From positions 143,984 to 207,983 of the forward strand of contig JAJDCA010000014.1 in assembly GCA_029261055.1 (NCBI GenBank): a stretch of DNA of 64,000 bases, read 5' to 3'. Below are positions 57,784-64,000 of the stretch, piece by piece (positions within the stretch are counted from its first letter, which is position 1; every line of letters begins with the position of its first letter). The translations under genes and the position numbers were made by a program. Source of the stretch: Candidatus Omnitrophota bacterium (GTDB taxonomy: Bacteria > Omnitrophota > Gorgyraeia > Zapsychrales > Zapsychraceae). A model generated the notes under the pieces. That model saw only the letters and a program-made list of their open reading frames with translations. It ran no database searches and was not told the origin of the DNA.

Positions 57784-59025
57784 CTACTTGGTTTGTTTGT
57801 GGTTTACAAGTTTTTGCACGACCATGCTGCCGATGGTGTCGCCTTCGACATTGACGGTGGTGCGGATAGCATCAAGGATGCGGTCGATGGGGAGAAGGAT
57901 GGCAATCGCTTCAGCCGGGAGGCCGACGGATTGCAGGACCATCACCATCGTTACCATGCCGGCACTTGGAATGCCTGGTGCACCAATGGCGGCAATGATG
58001 GCGGTGAAAAAGACAACGAGTTGTTGAACAATATTAAGATCAATACCCATGATGTTGGCCACAAAAAGAGCAGCCACGGCTTCGTAAAGAGCGGTGCCGT
58101 CCATGTTAATGGTGGCCCCTAAGGGCAGAACAAATCCAGCCACATCTTTGTCGACTTTTAAATTGTTTTCGACACAACGCATGGTAATCGGCAGTGTCGC
58201 AGAACTTGAACTTGTTGAGAACGCTGTTACGAGAGCTTCACGAATTCCGCCTAAGAATTTTAAAGGGCTGAATTGTGTGACGGCAAACAAGATTGTTGGT
58301 AGAGTTACAATGCCATGAAATAGTGTAGCCCCAATCACGACGGCCATGAATTTACCTAGAGCAGACAGGAGTGTGACGTCTTGTGTCGCAATTAATTTTA
58401 TCAAAAGGGCCATGATGCCGATGGGGGCAATACGCATGATCCAGCCGACCATCATCATGATGAGCTCAAAAAATTCATTGAGAATGTTAAGGATATTTTT
58501 AGCTTTTTGACCAGCCATGACAAGGGCAATACCTAAAAGTAAGGCAAATAAAACGGTGGGTAAAACTTTTCCTTGAGCCATGGCTGCAAAAGGATTCATA
58601 AAGAGATTAGAAAAAAATGTTTGAATGAATTGAGAGAGCGTAACAGAGTCAGCAGAAAATGAGGCCATTGCATCCTGAAATAAAGCAACTTCAAGGCCAA
58701 CGCCGGGTTTAAATACGTTAACGACAATCAAGCCCAGGAGGACAGAAAGGGCTGTTGTGGAAATAAAATACACAAGGGATAGCTTCCAAACACGATCCAT
58801 TTGCGCGTGTGCCCGCAGGTTAGCAATACCCACGGTAATAGAGGTAAAGACGAGCGGAATCAAAATCATTTTTAAAAGATCAATGAAAATACCGCCTGCA
58901 ATTGTGCAGCCGTAAAGCGTGGGGGAGTAGACCGCATGTTCAGCTCCCAAGCGGCTTAAAATTAGCCCACCGAAAATGCCAATTACGGCGCCAGTCAGGA
59001 TTTGGAAGTTTAAGGAAAGTTTCAT
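57784..59025 (-). CDS. Dicarboxylate/amino acid:cation symporter (DAACS/SDF family)
   Basis: 413 aa with eight TM segments and re-entrant loops (SSSSATLPITMRC, GATINMDGTALYEAVAALFVANI). The substrate is not assignable; a TcyP-like cystine transporter is possible. Confidence 0.8.
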   Translation of the reverse strand: MKLSLNFQILTGAVIGIFGGLILSRLGAEHAVYSPTLYGCTIAGGIFIDLLKMILIPLVFTSITVGIANLRAHAQMDRVWKLSLVYFISTTALSVLLGLIVVNVFKPGVGLEVALFQDAMASFSADSVTLSQFIQTFFSNLFMNPFAAMAQGKVLPTVLFALLLGIALVMAGQKAKNILNILNEFFELIMMMVGWIMRIAPIGIMALLIKLIATQDVTLLSALGKFMAVVIGATLFHGIVTLPTILFAVTQFSPLKFLGGIREALVTAFSTSSSSATLPITMRCVENNLKVDKDVAGFVLPLGATINMDGTALYEAVAALFVANIMGIDLNIVQQLVVFFTAIIAAIGAPGIPSAGMVTMVMVLQSVGLPAEAIAILLPIDRILDAIRTTVNVEGDTIGSMVVQKLVNHKQTK

Positions 59026-59134
59026 TCAGAAATGGCCTCATTATTTAATTTCTTTAATGATTTAAAAATAGAATAGCAGTTTTTCTTAAAAGTACAACCA
59101 AAATTCTTACAGTCAGGGGTAATTTGAGTGGGCC

Positions 59135-59172
59135 TAGTTGTGAAATTGCCCTGCGGGGCAACTTCACAAGTC
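59135..59172. promoter_or_regulatory. Inverted-repeat operator-like element, copy 1 of 2
   Basis: TGTGAAATTGCCC-tgcg-GGGCAACTTCACA: 13-bp arms with one mismatch around a 4-bp spacer. Lies in the divergent intergenic region between the DAACS transporter and tolC. Confidence 0.5.
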
Positions 59173-59316
59173 TGTTAAAATTAAATTTTTTGTGTTAAAG
59201 GTGGGGTAGGTTAGGTTTAATTATTCTTTGAATAATGATGTGTCTTTATGTTGCTAAAATCTTGATTTGTACATTTATTCGTCGGTATTTTTAAGATTAT
59301 TTTCATTAGAATTAAT

Positions 59317-59340
59317 AAGTACGTACGCGCGTACGTACTT
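59317..59340. repeat. 22-bp perfect palindrome of alternating purine/pyrimidine
   Basis: AGTACGTACGCGCGTACGTACT (59318-59339) is its own reverse complement; 24 bp if the flanking A/T pair is included. The 16-bp core acgtacgcgcgtacgt is strictly alternating purine/pyrimidine. Confidence 0.7.
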
Positions 59341-59364
59341 TATTGTCGGGAATATGGGGTGGAA

Positions 59365-59400
59365 AGTTATGAAATTGCCCCGTGGGGCAACTTTACAACT
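59365..59400. promoter_or_regulatory. Inverted-repeat operator-like element, copy 2 of 2
   Basis: TATGAAATTGCCC-cgtg-GGGCAACTTTACA, about 90% identical to copy 1 as a direct repeat 226 bp downstream. The core TTGCCC-N4-GGGCAA is perfect in both copies. Confidence 0.5.
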
Positions 59401-59423
59401 AGGATTTTATTGAGATTTATTGA

Positions 59424-59458
59424 AACCGTAAACACACCCCGGGGGTCTGTTTACGGTT
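59424..59458 (+). promoter_or_regulatory. Strong hairpin 44 nt upstream of the tolC ATG
   Basis: aaccgtaaaca-(13-nt loop cacccc ggggg tc)-tgtttacggtt: a perfect 11-bp stem with no T-tract after it. Confidence 0.5.
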
Positions 59459-59501
59459 AGTTTACACTTGACATTAAATTGCATGTAATTAAGATGAAGG
59501 C

Positions 59502-60974
59502 ATGTTTTTTACTAAAAATTTAATTGTATTAATTATTTTTAGCATCATTTTTTTAGGGGGATGGGTTGAAGGGGAATGTGCGGATTACACTCTCTCCCTG
59601 GAAAAAACAACGCAGCTGGCCCTTCAAAATAATTTTGACATTCAACTCGCGAAATACGATGCTTGGATTGCCCGGACGGACAAAAAAGTAGCGGAGTCTA
59701 TTTACGACACTATTTTTGAGGCCGAAGTCCAATACCGTGACAATCAGAAAAAACGCACCTCGACAATCATTGGTACGCAGGCCTTGGACAATGATTACAA
59801 TATTGGACTTTCAAAAAAATTACCTACCGGGACAACACTTGAAGTTGATCTAATGAACAGTCGTAACTTTACAGATTCAGTATTTACTACGTCACCCTTA
59901 ACGCATGATTCGACCTTAGGGATGACAATTACGCAGGAATTAGGAAAGAATTTTTTTGGCCTTCGTGATCGTTGGGGTATTAAGATTGCGTTGGTGGATA
60001 TTGAAAATAGTGAGTACACGTCACTTGAGAAAATTGAAGAAGAAATTTCTGATGTACAGAAGGCGTATTGGGATTTAGTGCTTCAGATTGAACGTGTTAA
60101 AATTGAACAAGACATGGTGGATCAAGCCAAACGTTTGTACGATTTGCATCAGGAAAAATTGAAGGATGGTCTGGTGGAGATGCCGGATGTTTTGGCGTCG
60201 CAAGCAAATTACGAAAAGAGTAAAAATGATTTGATCTTTGCAGAGAATCAAGTGCATGCCAAAGAAAATGTGCTGCGATTGCTTTTAAACATTTCCGATG
60301 ATCACATCCGTATTCTTCCGACAGACACCTTTGCGCTTCCTGAACTCCAAAGGCCATTAGCGCCTACCCTTAAGAAAGCTTTTGAAAACCGTCGTGATTA
60401 CAAGCGGGCGGTTAATGATGTGAAGTCGAAGGACATTCAGCTAACCGTTAAAAAAAATAATTTGTGGCCGGAAATTAATTTAACGGCTTCTTTAGAGCGT
60501 AACGGCCTCGGAGATCATTTTAAACCGGCGGTTGAAAATATTACGAGGGAAGACAATCCAAATTTATTTGCTGGGCTGACCATTAACATTCCATTAGAAA
60601 ATCGTGCGGCGCGCGGAGCAAAGAAAGCGGCTGAATTAGAAAAAGCCAAGACTTTGGTGGCTTTAAAATTGCTTGAACGCAAAATTACCCTTGAGGTTGT
60701 CGATCAAGTCCGTGACAGTAATGTGTTTGCTGAGCTGGCCGACAACAGCGAACACATCGCCAATCTGCAAGCGCAGAAGTTGGAAGAGGAAGGTAAGCGA
60801 TTCCGTCAGGGCCGTTCCGACACAGATACCCTCATTCGTTTTCAGAAAGATGTTGTTCAGGCAAGAGCCGAAGCGGCCGCAGCCAAGCACCGTTACCATG
60901 CCGCGATGGTGGATTTAGAAACCAGAAGCGGGGTGCTTTTGGGGAAGTATTTTGACTTAAGTGCTAAGTGGTAA
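59502..60974 (+). CDS. tolC: TolC-like outer membrane efflux protein (OEP family)
   Basis: 490 aa with a signal peptide and two OEP repeats with coiled-coil segments. Immediately upstream of an RND pump gene. Confidence 0.8.
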   Translation: MFFTKNLIVLIIFSIIFLGGWVEGECADYTLSLEKTTQLALQNNFDIQLAKYDAWIARTDKKVAESIYDTIFEAEVQYRDNQKKRTSTIIGTQALDNDYNIGLSKKLPTGTTLEVDLMNSRNFTDSVFTTSPLTHDSTLGMTITQELGKNFFGLRDRWGIKIALVDIENSEYTSLEKIEEEISDVQKAYWDLVLQIERVKIEQDMVDQAKRLYDLHQEKLKDGLVEMPDVLASQANYEKSKNDLIFAENQVHAKENVLRLLLNISDDHIRILPTDTFALPELQRPLAPTLKKAFENRRDYKRAVNDVKSKDIQLTVKKNNLWPEINLTASLERNGLGDHFKPAVENITREDNPNLFAGLTINIPLENRAARGAKKAAELEKAKTLVALKLLERKITLEVVDQVRDSNVFAELADNSEHIANLQAQKLEEEGKRFRQGRSDTDTLIRFQKDVVQARAEAAAAKHRYHAAMVDLETRSGVLLGKYFDLSAKW

Positions 60975-61035
60975 GAGGTAATTCTTTTTTACCCCTTTCC
61001 CTAAAAATTAGCTGAACACAGTAAGGCTTTAGTGC

Positions 61036-64000
61036 ATGAAACTCGCTCAATTTTCTGTTAGAAATTCTTTACTCATCAATGTCTTGTCGTTGTTTATTCT
61101 TGTGGCTGGGTTTTACAGCATGATGAAGATGCGGCGTGAGGCGTTTCCGCAGGTTAATTACGACATTGTTACCATTAATACCATCTATTCTGGAGCCCCT
61201 ACCGAAGATGTAGAAAAATTAGTCACACTGCCTTTGGAAGAAGAAATTCGCGGCATCAGCGGGATTGACAAGATTAATTCTACATCTGAAGAAGGTATTT
61301 CCTCTATTGGAATTATTTTAGACCCTTCTGTAAAAAATAAAATCAAAGTGGTTAATGACATTCAGCGTGCGGTTGATCAAGTGCGTAATTTACCGGAAGG
61401 CGCGGAAGATCCTGTGGTCTTTGAGCTGGACACACGCGAGTTGCCGATTTTGGAGATTTCGCTTAGTGGGGATGTTTCTGAGTCTGAACGGCGGCTGTAT
61501 GCGGAATCATTAGAAGACAAAATTTTGGAGATTGATGGGGTGGCTTCTGTTAACCGTATTGGTTGGCGCGACAAAGAATTTTGGGTGGAGGCAGATCCGG
61601 ATAAATTAAAACAGAATCATGTTTCGATTCAGGAAATCATGGATGCTCTGCGGACGCGCAACCGGACTATTCCCGGAGGGCAGCTGACGACCCCGACGGC
61701 GGAATTTAACATTCGCACCACCGGAGAATTTACGACTTCTGAAGAAATCGAAGATGTCATCATCCGGGCGAATGATGCGGGTAATTGGCTTAAAGTTAAA
61801 GATGTCGCTCATGTGAAGGATACTTTTGAGGATGAAACACGGATTGCCAAAGTTCGAGGGGAGCGGGCCACGGCCATGGTGGTTGTCAAACGTGAGTTGG
61901 CGGATGCCATCAGTTTAGTGCGCGAGGTGCATCTCACGATTGATGCGTTTAAGCAAAAGCTTCCTGAGGGCATGGATGTGACCATTACCAATGATCTTTC
62001 GTATTACATTAAGCGGCGACTGAGTGTATTAAAAAATAATGGTATCATTGGCATCATTCTTGTTTTGTTAATTTTGTTTATCTTTTTAGATCCTATTCCG
62101 GCTGTTGCCACAGCGCTTGGGTTGCCGATTGCTTTTTTCCTTACCTTTATTGTCATGTCCATCATGGGGGTGAGTATTAATCTTGTAACCATGCTGGGAT
62201 TGATTATTGTGCTTGGGATGCTGGTGGACGATGGGATTATTGTGTCGGAAAATGTGTACAGGTATGTGGAAAGTGGCATGTCACCCAGGGAGGCGGCCTT
62301 GCGTGGGACGAGTGAGGTCATGATTCCGGTGACGGTAACGATTCTGACGACCTTTGCCGCATTCTCACCGCTTTTGTTTATGACCGACATCATTGGTAAA
62401 TTTATCCGGTACATTCCGATTGTGGTGATGGTCGCCTTGGCGGCGTCTTTGTTTGAGGCCTTTGTGATTTTACCGGCGCATCTTTCAGATTTTGTAAGGG
62501 TTAAGGCTAAGAATGCTTCGGGAAAAGTGAAATCGGAAAAAAAATGGCTGAAAGGGTTGGTTAATTTTTACACGAAGACATTAAATGTTGCGTTGCGGTT
62601 TAGGTATTTGGTTTTATTGTGGCTTGTTTTATGTCTGGCTATGGCCATGTGGATCGTAAAAAATAAGATGCAGATTGTCATGTTTGCCGGTGAGGGCATT
62701 GAGTATTTTTATGTGCGCGCTGAGTCGCAGAAGGGAACGCCGCTTGAAACATTGAATAAATTGATTGCGCCCGTGGAGGATTTGATTGCTACGTTAGATG
62801 ATCATGAACTGGATTCTTTTCGGACGTATTTAGGAAGCATTGAGCAGGAGGGCGGGTTTGATCCGAATGTCAAACGGGGTAGTCATTTGGGGCAACTCAC
62901 GGTGTTTTTGACGCCATTACAGAAGCGCAAACGAACTCCGCAGGAAATCATTGATGCTTTACGGCCGGGATTGGAAAAGATTAAGGGGTTTGAGAAATTG
63001 TACTTCTTTTTGCCGAAGGAAGGGCCTCCGACAGGGAATCCTGTTGAGGTAGCGGTTAAGGGGGAAGATTTTGGTGTCTTGCAAAAAATTGCAGACCGTT
63101 TTGTGAAATATTTAGAGCCGGTTGAAGGGGTTTCGGATGTGAACACGAGTTACGATTTTGGTAAGAAGCAGCTACGCGTGGTTGTGGATGAAGCCAAGGC
63201 GAAGAGATATTTTCTAACCGTCGGCAAGATTGCAGCAGCGGTGCGCAATACGTTTCGGGGTGGCGTGGCGACAACCATTAAACCGACGAAGGCGGAAGAG
63301 GAAATTAATGTGTTGGTGCGTTTTCCGAAGGCCTTGCGTGAAGACCTTAAGGCCTTTGACAAAATTCTAATTCCTAATCAGTTCGATAATTTAGTGCCGT
63401 TGAGTTCTGTGGCACAGATTGAAGAGAGCGAAGGCGTTTACAAGATTACACATCTGGATGGCAAACGCGTTATTTATGTAACAGCACAGGTTGACAACAA
63501 GAAGGCCACTTCGCTTGGGGTGAATTTGCAATTACAAAAAGAATTTCAGGATATCGGCCAGCAATATTTAGGGTACACAGTTAAATACAGTGGTGAATTC
63601 GAAGATCAGCAAAAATCGATTAAGAATTTACAGACATCATTTTTATTTGCTTTGGCGGCCATTTTTATTATTTTAGTAGCCATGTTTCGTTCTTTGATTC
63701 AGCCGTTTATTGTGATGATGGCGATTCCTTTTGGTGTTGTCGGTGTTATTTTTGCTTTTTATGCGCATGGACGTCCTTTGAGTTTCTTTGCTTTCATGGG
63801 GCTGGTAGGGTTGACCGGGATTGTGGTCAATGATTCGATTGTGCTGGTGGATTTTATTAATCGTCTGCGTATCCAGGGTAAGGAGCGTCGGGACTCCCTT
63901 ATTGAAGCCGGTCAGATTCGTCTGCGTCCAGTCATCATGACCACGGTCACGACTATTGGAGGGTTGGTTTCCGTAGCTTACGGTATTGGTGGTGGCGACC
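61036..64000 (+). CDS. RND-family efflux transporter (AcrB/HAE-type inner membrane pump), 3'-partial at the window end
   Basis: The frame is open from ATG 61036 to the window edge. N-terminus MKLAQFSVRNSLLINVLSLFILVAGF, then a periplasmic porter domain, then the TM2-6 block (GLPIAFFLTFIVMSIMGVSINLVTMLGLIIVLGMLVDDGIIVSENV). Confidence 0.9.
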   Translation, partial: MKLAQFSVRNSLLINVLSLFILVAGFYSMMKMRREAFPQVNYDIVTINTIYSGAPTEDVEKLVTLPLEEEIRGISGIDKINSTSEEGISSIGIILDPSVKNKIKVVNDIQRAVDQVRNLPEGAEDPVVFELDTRELPILEISLSGDVSESERRLYAESLEDKILEIDGVASVNRIGWRDKEFWVEADPDKLKQNHVSIQEIMDALRTRNRTIPGGQLTTPTAEFNIRTTGEFTTSEEIEDVIIRANDAGNWLKVKDVAHVKDTFEDETRIAKVRGERATAMVVVKRELADAISLVREVHLTIDAFKQKLPEGMDVTITNDLSYYIKRRLSVLKNNGIIGIILVLLILFIFLDPIPAVATALGLPIAFFLTFIVMSIMGVSINLVTMLGLIIVLGMLVDDGIIVSENVYRYVESGMSPREAALRGTSEVMIPVTVTILTTFAAFSPLLFMTDIIGKFIRYIPIVVMVALAASLFEAFVILPAHLSDFVRVKAKNASGKVKSEKKWLKGLVNFYTKTLNVALRFRYLVLLWLVLCLAMAMWIVKNKMQIVMFAGEGIEYFYVRAESQKGTPLETLNKLIAPVEDLIATLDDHELDSFRTYLGSIEQEGGFDPNVKRGSHLGQLTVFLTPLQKRKRTPQEIIDALRPGLEKIKGFEKLYFFLPKEGPPTGNPVEVAVKGEDFGVLQKIADRFVKYLEPVEGVSDVNTSYDFGKKQLRVVVDEAKAKRYFLTVGKIAAAVRNTFRGGVATTIKPTKAEEEINVLVRFPKALREDLKAFDKILIPNQFDNLVPLSSVAQIEESEGVYKITHLDGKRVIYVTAQVDNKKATSLGVNLQLQKEFQDIGQQYLGYTVKYSGEFEDQQKSIKNLQTSFLFALAAIFIILVAMFRSLIQPFIVMMAIPFGVVGVIFAFYAHGRPLSFFAFMGLVGLTGIVVNDSIVLVDFINRLRIQGKERRDSLIEAGQIRLRPVIMTTVTTIGGLVSVAYGIGGGD

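Noticed and set aside
59462-59495. Possible tolC promoter TTGACA...TAATTA
   Set aside because: The -35 hexamer is perfect but the only -10-like hexamer is 12 nt away. That spacing is incompatible with a sigma70 promoter.
61377-63362. Several 60-136-aa minus-strand ORFs
   Set aside because: All lie antisense within the continuous plus-strand RND transporter reading frame.
1-64000. Search for tRNA, rRNA and CRISPR arrays
   Set aside because: No intergenic gap has tRNA-like cloverleaf features or regularly spaced direct repeats; the longest gaps (9038-9231, 16559-16850, 59026-59501) were read by eye. A tRNAscan or CRISPR-finder run would be needed to be definitive.

Overview
This window is a dense, mostly housekeeping chromosomal segment (about 40% GC by eye) from a diderm bacterium; the evidence for an outer membrane is a secretin, a TolC-like channel, SurA, ExbBD and an RND pump. 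No tRNA, rRNA or CRISPR was found. Gene order is: hflK(partial)-hflC-uvrA; a large TPR protein; exbB-exbD-tonB-like plus two small membrane ORFs; a complete type IV pilus/T2SS-like cluster (pilM/N fusion, pilO, pilP, pilQ secretin, pilB with an MshEN-type N-terminus, pilC, three tandem prepilins, two pseudopilins); rsmE; a membrane-TPR protein; recA-recX-alaS; hisD-B-H-A-F-I followed by a lone trpE/pabB-family gene; rpsP; yajC-secDF; an N-terminally short mfd; surA-like, pdxA and ksgA; a convergent PilZ gene; a thioesterase; a 1025-aa membrane-anchored spermidine-synthase-like protein; gatCAB; ctpA; tsaD; mgtC; a bactofilin-HTH fusion; a small HTH-TM protein; a 1157-aa hypothetical protein with a CX3CX2C motif; then on the minus strand grx-bolA-gshB-gshA and a DAACS transporter; and finally a tolC-like gene and a partial RND pump. 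Three things stand out. (1) A family of about 100-bp intergenic palindromic elements with an AG-rich arm and a CT-rich arm occurs in four copies, each ending at the RBS of a downstream gene, and two copies bracket the block holding the HTH-TM gene and the giant gene. (2) The bactofilin-HTH, HTH-TM and giant radical-SAM-like protein trio is uncharacterised. (3) The 476-bp divergent region upstream of the tolC-like gene is packed with palindromes, including a duplicated 13-4-13 inverted repeat and a 22-bp perfect alternating purine/pyrimidine palindrome.
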